From Candidatus Latescibacterota bacterium (GTDB taxonomy: Bacteria; Latescibacterota; UBA2968; UBA8231): DNA of 64,000 nt. Below are positions 39,116 through 50,499 of the stretch, piece after piece. Each line of letters begins with the position of its first letter. Within the stretch, counting starts at the first letter, position 1. A program made the position numbers and the translations under genes. The notes below the pieces were generated by a model. That model did not search any database. It saw nothing but the letters and a program-made list of their open reading frames with translations, and had not been told where the DNA came from. The stretch covers positions 3,264,001 through 3,328,000 of the forward strand of contig CBDFJF010000002.1 of NCBI GenBank assembly GCA_965248265.1, read 5' to 3'.

Positions 39116-40416
39116 TGGCAGAGTCCGCGACAGAGGTTGTCCTTTTTGGTCTGAGCCTGGCTTTGCCACTAGGGTTGTTCGGTTTGCGCCAGTCCCTTTC
39201 CCGGTTCGGGTCTGCCAGCGATAGCGATCACCTGTCAGCAGTCCTGCGTCCCTCAGCAATCCTGAGAACGGGCAGTATTGCCATTCTGAGCGGGCTTGTC
39301 ATGGGTCTGACCGCCCTCCCGGCAATCGCCATAATAGTCGATGATGCGGTTTTGCTGCTGATCGCCTTCGTCTCTGCCTGGTGTGGATTTACCGTCGGTT
39401 GCGGGATCGATCTGCGGGTTCTACGCAAAACCTCCTCCGTGCTGTTGGCAGCCCAGTTGGGCCAATGCATCGTTGCGTTGTCTGCCATACCCCTGTTGAC
39501 CTGGGGGTTGACCCACCTACCCTGGACCTTGGAATCGGCACTGTTTTCACCGGTCGCCCTACTCATCGCGACTGGCATGTGTTTGAGTGACCGCGTCATG
39601 GGATCGCATGATCGTGACCACCGGCAGCGCACTGCTGGAGTACACAAAGGAGTCCCAAAGACTTCCGTCGCCGCTTGCGTGGCGATCCTGCTGGCCTCGC
39701 TCGGCGTGGGCCATGAATTTTTGGTCTCAAGCCACATGGCCGGCGTCTCGTTTCTGCCCGTTCCTTCATTCACCTTGACGATCACCGGAATAGGCGAGCG
39801 CGTATTCTTGGGGTTGGCCATGGGGTGTGGCGCTGGATTGCTGAGTGATCTGGCAGCGAAAGACCACGCGCCGACGGGTGTGACCTTCGGTGTCCTGGCG
39901 GGTGTGCTGCTGCTCGTCAGTGGCATCGCACTGGCTTTCGGGATACAGCCACTGCTGATCGGTGTCATCGCTGGAGCCTGGGTGATCAACGCCACTCTGA
40001 GACGGCTAGACATTCACCATGTCATCGAGAAATCGAGCAACCTGAGTTCGATTGGCGTGCCGTTTGTGCTCGGGTGGACGATCGGTTATGGCGTGGGCGT
40101 GTATGGGATCAGCGGAAGGGGCTTCCTCGTCGGCCTCTGCTTGATTGTTGCCATGCGGCCGATCGTCCGCGTGGCCGGATGGCGTTTGGGAGAATATCTG
40201 ATCAAGGTGAAGAATCCACCGGCACTTTCGAGGGACGGGGAGTCCGTGCTGTTCGACAACAGCGGCTTCTTGATCGCCCTGGTATTGACGATGACGATTT
40301 CCGGTGCCGTCGGCATCAGTTTTCTGGCCGCGGCCGTGGCGTCGCAGCTGGTGTTCGCGTTGATCTCGATGTGGTGGCCGCCTGCTGTTGCCGAGGCGCG
40401 CTCGGCTATCCGCTAG
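39115..40416 (+). CDS. Polytopic membrane protein, cation:proton antiporter-like
   Basis: About 12 TM helices; W.GF.VG..ID.R.LR motif resembles CPA-family proteins; TGATG coupling. Confidence 0.55.
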   Translation: MAESATEVVLFGLSLALPLGLFGLRQSLSRFGSASDSDHLSAVLRPSAILRTGSIAILSGLVMGLTALPAIAIIVDDAVLLLIAFVSAWCGFTVGCGIDLRVLRKTSSVLLAAQLGQCIVALSAIPLLTWGLTHLPWTLESALFSPVALLIATGMCLSDRVMGSHDRDHRQRTAGVHKGVPKTSVAACVAILLASLGVGHEFLVSSHMAGVSFLPVPSFTLTITGIGERVFLGLAMGCGAGLLSDLAAKDHAPTGVTFGVLAGVLLLVSGIALAFGIQPLLIGVIAGAWVINATLRRLDIHHVIEKSSNLSSIGVPFVLGWTIGYGVGVYGISGRGFLVGLCLIVAMRPIVRVAGWRLGEYLIKVKNPPALSRDGESVLFDNSGFLIALVLTMTISGAVGISFLAAAVASQLVFALISMWWPPAVAEARSAIR

Positions 40417-40424
40417 ACGAGCCG

Positions 40425-41831
<1,407 letters not shown>

Positions 41832-41890
41832 TTAAACGACGCCGAAGGGGAACGGGTGGAGAAAGCTACTGGGCGGTTTTCCGCCTGTCA

Positions 41891-43678
41891 ATGAGCCTCC
41901 TATGTATGACCCTGTTGTTGAGCGGTGAGGTCACCGCGCGAGTTTCCGTCAATGTGCCGATCGATCACTGGAGTTACGGCTTCATCGAGCGTTTTGAAGC
42001 CAGGGGGACGCTCAGTGGATTGGCCGATGGCATCAAGCCCTTCAGCCGGCTAAGCATGGCGCGAGCGTTGTTGACAATCGGCAACGGGCGCGATGCCGGC
42101 GGGGCAGTTACCGCGGTTGAAGGCGCCTTGCTTGATCGCCTGCTGAGAGAATTCAAGGTGGAGATCGACCAGATCGAAGGCCGCCCCCGCCACGCCTATG
42201 GTATTGATTCGCATGATCCTGATTCGCGTAGCGTCGCAGCGACGCTGGCGCGAGCGCGGGTAGGCAGTGGGCTGGTACGCTACCAGCGTGAGGAAGGCGA
42301 GTTAGAGGCTGATCTACTGGTGCGCCAGCAGTCCGATTTTCTTACCGGCCGTGGTCGCGCGGACACCGAACGCGTGTACCGGACCCGATTGGGTGCCGTT
42401 GTGAGCGGGCACATGGCGGACAGACTCGCCTACCGTGTTTCCTTCGAGCAGACGCAGGAGCGCGGATCGCGATCCTACTTCCAACGTGATGATGTGTTCG
42501 AGCCTCGCCGCGAGTTGCCGCAGCTGAAGGGTTCGCGGGCGGACTATCATGAGGGCACTGCGTACGCCGTATTCGCGTTGCAATTCCTGAATGTCGAGTT
42601 CGGAAAGGATGAGGTCCGTTGGGGTCCCGCGCCGGTTGAGAACCTTGGACTGAACAATGCGGCGCCAACGTTCGACATGGTGCGCTTGCGGACCCGGCTG
42701 GGCGCGGTCGAGCTCGTCAGCATCGCCGGCGCTCTGCGTCCCTGTCCCGATCGGCCGGATTCCCCGACCTGCGAGGGGGTTGGAGATTCCTCGGCTACCT
42801 ACATCGTCAACGGTGTCACCCGACCGTTGGAGCGCGACAAGTACCTGGCCGCCCATCGATTCGAAGCGGCGCTGACTCCATGGATGGATGTGGGGTTTCA
42901 GGAGGTGTTGGTGTACGGCGACCGGGGTCCGTCGTTCACCTACCTCAATCCGCTCATGTTCTACTGGGCAGCGCAAAGCTACCAGGGCGACAAGGACAAC
43001 CTGATGATGGGTCTCGATGTCGATGTTCATGGCCGGGGCAAACGCTTTTATTTAATCTACGTCGTCGACGACCTCAAGAAACTGCGTATCTTCAGCAACG
43101 ATTTCGCCAACAAGTTTTCGCTGCAGGCGGGTGCCCTGATAGTCGATCCGCTCAGTTTCGACGATTCCGACCTCAGGTTGGAGTATGTGCGAATTGAGCC
43201 ATGGATCTACACGCACAAGTTCCCGATCAATACGTTCCGTCATTTCGACGCTCCGCTGGGACACAGCCTGGGGCCCAACAGCGATCGCTGGCAAGTGCAA
43301 TTCGGCCATCGTCCACATCGCGACCTGTCCGTGCACCTGCAACTGGCGCGAACTCGTCACGGACGCAACGAGATTCTCGAGGATGGCTCGGTCCGAAATG
43401 TCGGCGGTGACCTGCACCTTGGTTCGAGTGCCATGGACAACAGAGAAGACAAGAAGTTCCTCGATGGCAGTGTCGAGCAACGCACCGAGTTAGGTGGCAA
43501 CTTATCGTTTAGGTCGTGGACGCACTCGTCGGTGACGATTGGCTACATTCACGAGTGGGGGACCAACGTGCCCCTGCCACCGCGGTGGGGTGGCGGAGTC
43601 ACGCTGCAGAATCGAACCGGATTCGGCGACGGCAATCAGCACCGGGTCAGCGTTGAGCTTCGATACGGGTACCTGTGA
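41891..43678 (+). CDS. Capsule assembly Wzi-family outer-membrane protein
   Basis: Signal peptide, VPIDHWSY.FIERF, KPFSR, FGKD.VRWGP, LAAHRFE, YLNP, DNLMMG, PLGH.LGPNSD. Confidence 0.75.
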   Translation: MSLLCMTLLLSGEVTARVSVNVPIDHWSYGFIERFEARGTLSGLADGIKPFSRLSMARALLTIGNGRDAGGAVTAVEGALLDRLLREFKVEIDQIEGRPRHAYGIDSHDPDSRSVAATLARARVGSGLVRYQREEGELEADLLVRQQSDFLTGRGRADTERVYRTRLGAVVSGHMADRLAYRVSFEQTQERGSRSYFQRDDVFEPRRELPQLKGSRADYHEGTAYAVFALQFLNVEFGKDEVRWGPAPVENLGLNNAAPTFDMVRLRTRLGAVELVSIAGALRPCPDRPDSPTCEGVGDSSATYIVNGVTRPLERDKYLAAHRFEAALTPWMDVGFQEVLVYGDRGPSFTYLNPLMFYWAAQSYQGDKDNLMMGLDVDVHGRGKRFYLIYVVDDLKKLRIFSNDFANKFSLQAGALIVDPLSFDDSDLRLEYVRIEPWIYTHKFPINTFRHFDAPLGHSLGPNSDRWQVQFGHRPHRDLSVHLQLARTRHGRNEILEDGSVRNVGGDLHLGSSAMDNREDKKFLDGSVEQRTELGGNLSFRSWTHSSVTIGYIHEWGTNVPLPPRWGGGVTLQNRTGFGDGNQHRVSVELRYGYL

Positions 43679-43736
43679 TGCGGGATCTCTCTGACTCAGA
43701 CTGCGGTATCAGCGGGGTGCCATCTGATGTGCAACC

Positions 43737-44948
43737 ATGATTGAACTGACGCTTTTGGATTGGGTGTTGGTTGCCACGGGGTCGGTGTACCTGGTTGCCA
43801 TCGCCTGGTTGTATTGCGGTTTGCGGCGGGTTGGACGCCAGCGCCGCCGAGGATTTCGAGCGGATGGTGGGTCATCTGCCGCGAGCCTCGGATCAGTAAG
43901 CGTGATCGTTGCGGCACGGGACGAGGAGGCGTCCCTCCCGAGTTGTCTTCAGGCACTGCGCGGGCAGGAATATGAAGGTGTCCTCGAAGTCATCGTCGTC
44001 GACGATCGCTCCCGGGACGACACGGGAAACGTCGTGCGGGGTCTCTCGAGCGATTGGTCGGCGCTGCATCTGGTACAGGTCACTGAGCAGAAGCTGCACT
44101 GCCCAAAGAAGAATGCCCTCGCACACGGCATCGAACACAGTCGGGGCGACTTCCTGCTGTTTACGGACGCTGACTGCGTGCCGTCGCCGCAGTGGGTGCA
44201 GTCCACTGTCGCTGCCTTTGACGACGGTGTGGGGATGGTTGCCGGCTATGCCGCGGCGCAAACGGGTCGACGTTGGGTTGATAAACTCCTGGCGCTGGAC
44301 AACCTCGCCGTTGCGGCCATGGGAGCTGGGAGCATGGGCATGGGTGCTCCACTGTCGTGCAGTGGGCGCAACCTGGCCTTCCGTCGTCGAGTGTATGACG
44401 AAGTGGGCGGATACTCATCCGTCGGTCACCTCGTCGGCGGCGACGACGTGTACATGATGCGGTTGATCAGGAGGCAGACGAGTTGGGCGATCGTCTACAA
44501 CGCAGATCCCCAGGCAGGAGTGATCGGTGAGGCCGGGCAGGGGACCGCCGTCGACGTGGTTCATCAGAAGTTGCGACATGCCTCGAAAGCGGCTCGGTAC
44601 GACGGTCCTGCGCGTCTACTCGGGATTGGCGTTTACCTCTTCCATCTGTCGATTCTGGTCGGTCTGTACATGGTAGCAACCGGAGCGGCGACCGGCGGGG
44701 GTGTCGTCGTCATCGCCGTATGGTCGCTGCGCTGGCTGGCAGACGGGGGCCTGTTGTGGCATTTTGCCACACGCTTCACGCCGGATGGGGTGCCGCTGCT
44801 GCGGTTCCTGCCGGCATTCGAGATCGGCTACCTGCCGTACGTCCTACTGGGGGTGCCGTTGGGAAGTTTGGGCATGTTTCGGTGGAAGGGTTCGACCGCG
44901 TTTGGTTCCCCCAGCACATCTCTCGAAGGACAGAAAGCAGTGATGTAA
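43737..44948 (+). CDS. Membrane GT2 family glycosyltransferase
   Basis: N-terminal TM helix, VSVIVAARDEE, DDRS.D, FTDADC, GRNLAFRR, GDD, QKLRH. Confidence 0.88.
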   Translation: MIELTLLDWVLVATGSVYLVAIAWLYCGLRRVGRQRRRGFRADGGSSAASLGSVSVIVAARDEEASLPSCLQALRGQEYEGVLEVIVVDDRSRDDTGNVVRGLSSDWSALHLVQVTEQKLHCPKKNALAHGIEHSRGDFLLFTDADCVPSPQWVQSTVAAFDDGVGMVAGYAAAQTGRRWVDKLLALDNLAVAAMGAGSMGMGAPLSCSGRNLAFRRRVYDEVGGYSSVGHLVGGDDVYMMRLIRRQTSWAIVYNADPQAGVIGEAGQGTAVDVVHQKLRHASKAARYDGPARLLGIGVYLFHLSILVGLYMVATGAATGGGVVVIAVWSLRWLADGGLLWHFATRFTPDGVPLLRFLPAFEIGYLPYVLLGVPLGSLGMFRWKGSTAFGSPSTSLEGQKAVM

Positions 44949-46090
44949 TGGCATTTCTTGCTGCACCGAGAAAGATCCCCGGGTACATAAGCCAGTACGG
45001 CTATGCCTTCTCATGGCGACGTTTGTGGAACTGCGTCAAGGTTCTGTCTTCCATGGCGGTATCGTGGTTGGTCAGGCGCCCTGTGGTCTGGGGGCAGCCG
45101 TTCATGCTGATGGTAGAGCCGACGAACTTCTGCAACCTCAAATGTCCCCTGTGCCCCTCCGGGAATGGCGAAATGACGAGGCGCCGGGGAAACATGGAGC
45201 TGGCTGATTTCAAGGATTTGATCGACCAGGTGGGCGATCACCTGGTCCTTCTCATGTTGTGGAATCAGGGCGAGCCCTTCATCAACAAGTGCTTCGTTGA
45301 GATGGTGCGCTATGCGCATTCGAAGAGAATCCCCACGCTCACCAGCACCAATGGCCATTACATTCGTGATTTGGAGCAGGCCAAATCCGTGGTTGAATCC
45401 GGCCTTGATGAAATCATCGTCTCCCTCGACGGAGTCGATCAAGAGACCTACGAAACGTATCGGGTTGGCGGCAAGATCGAACGAGTTCTTACCGGGGCCC
45501 GCCTGCTATCGCAGGCAAAACGGGAGTTGCGATCCGAAACCCCCCTCGTCAACCTCCAGTTCATCGTCTTTCGCCACAACGAAAAGGATCTGGCTGAGGC
45601 TGAGCGGATCGCTCACGAAGTGGGTGCGGACAAATTCTTGGTGAAGACGGCTCAGGTCTACTCAGCAGCGGATGCCGAACAGTTTCTGCCACAGGACGGG
45701 GAATTCCGGCGGTATCAGCAGAGCAAAGAGGGTGGCCGCAATGGGGATGCAGGCAGTACTCCAGATGATCCAGGCAACAATCTGGTAGTCAAAGGACAGC
45801 CCGCCCGAGGGTGCAAAGTTCTGTGGTACAGCTCGATGGTGAACTGGAATGGTGCGGTCGCCCCCTGTTGTTTCGACAAGGATGTGGATTTCGAAATGGG
45901 GAGAACCTCGCTCAGCGATTCGGAAACTTCGTCTCACTCAGCGCAACCCTTCAAGGAAATTTGGCGAGGGCGGGCTTACATGGATTTCCGTGAACGGGTG
46001 TTGGCAGACCGTGCGGCCTTCGATATGTGTCGCAATTGTTCGGAGGGCTATCGCGGCATGTTCTCGTTGGTGAAAGAGCTCAGCGGCTGA
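44948..46090 (+). CDS. Radical SAM / SPASM domain protein
   Basis: EPTNFCNLKCPLC, WNQGEP, STNG, SLDG, C..LW...V.WNG.VAPCCFD...CRNC; start at the TAATG overlap. Confidence 0.9.
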   Translation: MAFLAAPRKIPGYISQYGYAFSWRRLWNCVKVLSSMAVSWLVRRPVVWGQPFMLMVEPTNFCNLKCPLCPSGNGEMTRRRGNMELADFKDLIDQVGDHLVLLMLWNQGEPFINKCFVEMVRYAHSKRIPTLTSTNGHYIRDLEQAKSVVESGLDEIIVSLDGVDQETYETYRVGGKIERVLTGARLLSQAKRELRSETPLVNLQFIVFRHNEKDLAEAERIAHEVGADKFLVKTAQVYSAADAEQFLPQDGEFRRYQQSKEGGRNGDAGSTPDDPGNNLVVKGQPARGCKVLWYSSMVNWNGAVAPCCFDKDVDFEMGRTSLSDSETSSHSAQPFKEIWRGRAYMDFRERVLADRAAFDMCRNCSEGYRGMFSLVKELSG

Positions 46091-46097
46091 GGCAGGC

Positions 46098-47372
46098 ATG
46101 GCGGAACCTCTCCAGCATTGGAGACTGGCCGTTGACGTGCTCATGGCCACCTCATGTTTGGCCTACATTGCCGGCGTCCTCTGGTTCAGGCGCGGAATCG
46201 ACGCCCCTCTGCCGACACCAACTGCCACCGTTAACGCTCCGGCTTCCGCTGACCCTCTCCCTTTTGTTTCGATAGTCGTCGCAGCCCGCGATGAGGAGGA
46301 AAGCATCCCCGCTATCCTCGATGCGCTCGAAGAGCAAACCTATCCGCGTGATCGGTATGAGATCATCGTCGTCGATGACGGTTCCGTGGATGGCACGGCT
46401 GCCATTGTGCAGGAGCGTCTGAGTTCCGCCGTTGACGAGGATGGCTTCGGGCTTCGCCTCGTCGGCGTGCCAGCTAACAAGCCGGCGGTCACCAGCGGGC
46501 GATCTCCGGGATCAAAAAAAATCGCACTTCAACGAGGCATCGATGCGGCAACCGGCGATATCATCCTGTCCACGGATGCTGACTGTCGCGTACCACCCGG
46601 ATGGGTAGCCGGATTGGTATCTGAGTTTGACGCCGATGTCGGCATGGTGGTCGGGTTTTCCAGGATAGGCCAAGAGGGCAAGCGTCTGGGTGTGCGAGGG
46701 GGCTGGGAAGCCGTCGACTTCTACAATCTGATGTTGGCAGCCATGGGCAGTGCCGGTAGGGGCCACGCGATGGCTGCCTCAGGCCAGAGTCTGGCTTTCC
46801 GACGCCAGGCCTTCGTCGGAGTCGGAGGGTATCAATCAGTGCTGCATCGCGTTTCCGGCGACGACGTTTTGCTGTTGCAGCTCATCAGACGCTCGGGGGA
46901 TTGGCAAATCCGCTTCTGCCGGGAAGTTGCAACGACGGTCAATCACCCGCCGTCACGTTCCTGGCGCTCACTGCTCAGCCAGCGTGCCCGTTGGGCCTCC
47001 AATGCCCCCTGTCAGATGCGGTTGGACGCCGTCTTCTTCGGTTACCTCAGCGCTACCTTCCTGTTCGGTCTGATGCAGGTGTTGTCGCCGTTTCTGCTGC
47101 TATTGGGCGGGCTCTCCGCGCCGTTGTTGGTCACGGTGCTGGCCTGCAAAATTACAGCCGAATGGTCCCTGCTCACTCGTGGCATGCGGGTGTTCCGGCC
47201 GCCGGAGGGTCTGCGCCGCCACTACGCTGTATGGACCTGCCTGCATCCCCTTTACCTGCTTTGTGTCGGCGTCTTCGGATGCCTGGGGATATTCAGCTGG
47301 AAGGGTGGGTCATTCCGGTGGGGAGGATGGAGCCGGCGGGAACGTAGCCACATCGCCCAACCGGAAGGTTGA
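46098..47372 (+). CDS. Membrane GT2 family glycosyltransferase
   Basis: VSIVVAARDEE, DDGS.D, STDADC, SGDD, QRARW, C-terminal TM helices. Confidence 0.9.
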   Translation: MAEPLQHWRLAVDVLMATSCLAYIAGVLWFRRGIDAPLPTPTATVNAPASADPLPFVSIVVAARDEEESIPAILDALEEQTYPRDRYEIIVVDDGSVDGTAAIVQERLSSAVDEDGFGLRLVGVPANKPAVTSGRSPGSKKIALQRGIDAATGDIILSTDADCRVPPGWVAGLVSEFDADVGMVVGFSRIGQEGKRLGVRGGWEAVDFYNLMLAAMGSAGRGHAMAASGQSLAFRRQAFVGVGGYQSVLHRVSGDDVLLLQLIRRSGDWQIRFCREVATTVNHPPSRSWRSLLSQRARWASNAPCQMRLDAVFFGYLSATFLFGLMQVLSPFLLLLGGLSAPLLVTVLACKITAEWSLLTRGMRVFRPPEGLRRHYAVWTCLHPLYLLCVGVFGCLGIFSWKGGSFRWGGWSRRERSHIAQPEG

Positions 47373-47378
47373 GTAGGC

Positions 47379-48737
47379 TTACTTGGCCGACAGTTCGGTC
47401 ACTTCGACCGTGTCATCCCAGAACACGACGAAGCCCTCCGCCGACGAGCGAAACAGACTCTTCACTCCATGGAGGATTTCCACTTCAACGTTGTTGCCTG
47501 CGGTCAGTGACACCGGCTTGCCGGCGGTAGCATCCAGGCGATCCCCCATTACGGTGTACCCCGGTTCGCCGGTCGTCGCGGCATCCAGTACCGCCAGCAC
47601 ACTGCCCTCACTCACTGACATCCCCATCGGCCAGACAGGGTCCAGCAAGGATGCGGGTGCTGGCGCTCTGTCACCATCAGCCCTGGTCACGAATCCGTCC
47701 CGGCCATGTTCGGGACGTCGTCCTCGCGCCACGGTTTCCAATTGCGCAGAAGCCTGCGGGTCATTCAGTGCTGCGCTGACACGGGTGCAAGCGGCCGGGT
47801 CGATACCGCAGCAGACACCGTGAGCCGCGACGATCCGCTGTACGTCCATGGCGGAGGGGTGATTCGATCGATCCCGGGAGGGGAGGCAGAGAAAATCGGC
47901 ATGAAGCTTACCAGTACCGATCTCGATTGGTGAACGGATCCCTAGTTTCAGGCACGCACCGCCGTCCTCTTGGCAGGAGACCAGGTAGAGGTATCCGTAC
48001 TCTTCGGCCACCAGTTTCTGCCTCTGCACCGTTTCCACCAGTGCCACTCCTGGGCCTGGTTTCACCGATGGGCGATTGACTTGCCGACCAAATACGTCCG
48101 TTGGCTGGCAACCCACATCCAACACCAGGGCCTGATCAGGGTGGACGAATGTCGCCCGCACTTCATTGACCTGCTCTACCACTGCCAGGTGAGACTGGGT
48201 GGCAAGGGCTTGATGCAGGGTGTCGATGGCATCGCCTTCAGTTCGGGCCAGGTAGTCACTCAGGAGATGAGTTCCACACAGTCCGTCAACCGCGGAGCCT
48301 TTGGCGATCCGTACCCAATAGCGGGCGGACCGTGCCCCGGAAGAGCCCTCGATCATCCTCGCGAGACCAGATGATTCGATGCCCTGCAGGTTGTGCTGCC
48401 TCATCAATTCCATCATGTCCCCGGCCGTCGCCGCCATTGGGGGCGGGACGGATCCGAACACCTGTTGCAGGTCTTGAGTCAGGATCAAACTCAACCTGAC
48501 CACATTCCCGGCTGAATTCGGTGCCGCAATCTCGACCCTGTAGTAATGAGAGCGGTGAGAGCCGCTACGAGGTCCCCGTTCATGCCAGGACACATCCTTT
48601 GGGGGAACCTCCAAGAGGCGCGCAACCAGTGCACGGTCTTCGGTCTTCGTCGCTTTTTCTGGATGCTGTTGAGGGGATGCGGTGTCAACGACGCCAGCGT
48701 GGCTGACATCCGGATCGACGAGCAACGGTATCTCCAT
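47379..48737 (-). CDS. FapA (DUF342) N-terminal-domain-like protein, divergent
   Basis: HGVCCGID...VARGRRPEHGRDG...V.EG.VLA....T.GEPG.TV.G......GK...L.AG.NV...A..EG.V matches the DUF342 N-terminal pattern. Confidence 0.65.
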   Translation of the reverse strand: MEIPLLVDPDVSHAGVVDTASPQQHPEKATKTEDRALVARLLEVPPKDVSWHERGPRSGSHRSHYYRVEIAAPNSAGNVVRLSLILTQDLQQVFGSVPPPMAATAGDMMELMRQHNLQGIESSGLARMIEGSSGARSARYWVRIAKGSAVDGLCGTHLLSDYLARTEGDAIDTLHQALATQSHLAVVEQVNEVRATFVHPDQALVLDVGCQPTDVFGRQVNRPSVKPGPGVALVETVQRQKLVAEEYGYLYLVSCQEDGGACLKLGIRSPIEIGTGKLHADFLCLPSRDRSNHPSAMDVQRIVAAHGVCCGIDPAACTRVSAALNDPQASAQLETVARGRRPEHGRDGFVTRADGDRAPAPASLLDPVWPMGMSVSEGSVLAVLDAATTGEPGYTVMGDRLDATAGKPVSLTAGNNVEVEILHGVKSLFRSSAEGFVVFWDDTVEVTELSAK

Positions 48738-48836
48738 GAGCTCCCGGGGACCTTTCTTGAAAGGAGAACAAGACGCGAGATCGTGAAACAAGCAGGTGTC
48801 TTGGCGAGGCAGATTTTGGGCATTGCCTCATTCCCT

Positions 48837-48863
48837 TCATCGGCAGCTCAGGTGAACTCTTGA
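48837..48863 (-). promoter_or_regulatory. Sigma28 (FliA)-type promoter for the fapA-like gene
   Basis: Minus strand TCAA-N15-GCCGATGA. Confidence 0.6.
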
Positions 48864-48897
48864 TCAGTTATTCGAGGTAGGATGGTGCGGTCGTACG

Positions 48898-50175
48898 TCA
48901 GCGATCCGTGTGTGTCCTGATGGCCGCGACCAACTCCGACGGAGTCTCACAGCGTAGGAATGAGGAGCGAATCTCGTCCGAGTGCATGAGTGTGGCGATC
49001 TGGGCAAGGATCGGGATGTAGCTGCGGTAATTTTCTTCAGGCGTAAGTAGCAGAAAGAGGTAGCGAACCGGATCTCCACCAGCGCCAAATTCGACTCCGT
49101 CCGGGCAGATTGCCATCACCCCGATGACCCCGGGCAGGTTCGGAATGCGGGCGTGGGGGACAGCGGTTTCGTGGCCGAGCGCCGTCGGCCCTTTCTGCTC
49201 TCGAGCCCGAGCAGCGCGAAGAATGTTGTCTCTCTGTGATGCCGGTACCTGCTTCTCTTCCACCAGGACGTCGACCAATTGCTCCAGGGCTTCCCACTTG
49301 TCCTTGGGGTGGAGGTCGAGCCGGATGGTGTGCTCCCAAAAGATGTTGCTCAAGCTTGGACTGTGCACTGCCCGTGAACGCACCATCAGTACGGAGCTCG
49401 GTACCTGATCGGCTATTTCGTCCGGAATCGATCCCGCCAGGTAGTCCTCCTGGCGCCAGTCATTGGAGGCGCCGAGCACGAGCAGATCGCTGTCGCGACT
49501 GCGATCCACGATAGGTTTGACGATGTCCGCAGCGGGCACAACCTCGATGGGGGCGTTCACGTTCATCAACTGCAGTTGAAGCTCGGTATCCCTGCGAACT
49601 TGATCACAATGGCGTTCGAGCAAAGGTTGACGTGATCGGAGCTCGCGATCTCGAGCCACCCGTACGATTTGTAGGGAGGCGTCCCAGGCGGTGGCCAGGT
49701 CATCGGCTACCTGGACACCAACCAATGAATGGCTGCCTCCGCTGGTCGGCACCAGAATCCGCTCAGGAGGCTTGGCGCTGCGCTCTTTGTAGATCAGCAT
49801 GTCGACGTCGAGTACCTTCGTCAGCCTGCGATTCTCTGAGCCCATCACGGCGTCCCGATCGACGTCGCCGTACCATCCCATCAAAACGATATTGCATTCG
49901 TGTTGGCGAATCGTACCCAGAATGGCCTCAGTAACCGATGGGCCCTCGATGAGATTGGGCACAGCCCGGATTCCCAGTGTGCGGGCCATTTCCGCCGTGC
50001 TCTCGAGTTCCGGCCGAGCGGAACCTGCAGATTGCTCTGCCGATGGAGTCAGCACGTGCGTGAGAAATAGATCACCGCCACGAGCCTGGGCAAGCGTGGC
50101 GGCCATGCGCACCAGGCCGTGCTCACTGGCCGGGTTTTCGATGGCGACGAGGATCCGTACTGAAGAATTCGCCAT
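48898..50175 (-). CDS. Tandem universal stress protein domains fused to PTS EIIA
   Basis: ILVAIENP, VLMGW, RILVPTSGGSHS, LLVLGAS...GSIPDEIA; then REQKGPTALGHETAVPHAR...GVEFG. Confidence 0.82.
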   Translation of the reverse strand: MANSSVRILVAIENPASEHGLVRMAATLAQARGGDLFLTHVLTPSAEQSAGSARPELESTAEMARTLGIRAVPNLIEGPSVTEAILGTIRQHECNIVLMGWYGDVDRDAVMGSENRRLTKVLDVDMLIYKERSAKPPERILVPTSGGSHSLVGVQVADDLATAWDASLQIVRVARDRELRSRQPLLERHCDQVRRDTELQLQLMNVNAPIEVVPAADIVKPIVDRSRDSDLLVLGASNDWRQEDYLAGSIPDEIADQVPSSVLMVRSRAVHSPSLSNIFWEHTIRLDLHPKDKWEALEQLVDVLVEEKQVPASQRDNILRAARAREQKGPTALGHETAVPHARIPNLPGVIGVMAICPDGVEFGAGGDPVRYLFLLLTPEENYRSYIPILAQIATLMHSDEIRSSFLRCETPSELVAAIRTHTDR

Positions 50176-50499
50176 ATGCGACTGAAAACCACGTGAGAGA
50201 GTGTGTGTGACGAATGTCTGTGGGAGAGTGCGACTAGCCTAAGGGTCTCAAGATTTCGGTGGCGCCAAGGGGGAGCGTCCGCGATTTCTATCACCCATCA
50301 CCCGATTCCAAGATACAAAGGTCAATGGAATTCTTCCACGAGGAATCCACCCTGTTTTCGCGTCGGTCTACCAAGTTGCTGCGGCACTGTGCGTTGATTA
50401 ATTTGATGGCAGCTGAGAACCTGTTCATCAGGAGCCATTTATGAGTAAGGTTGGGTTGGCGGGCAGGCAGCAGGCCAGCACCAACAATCCTTATCCACG

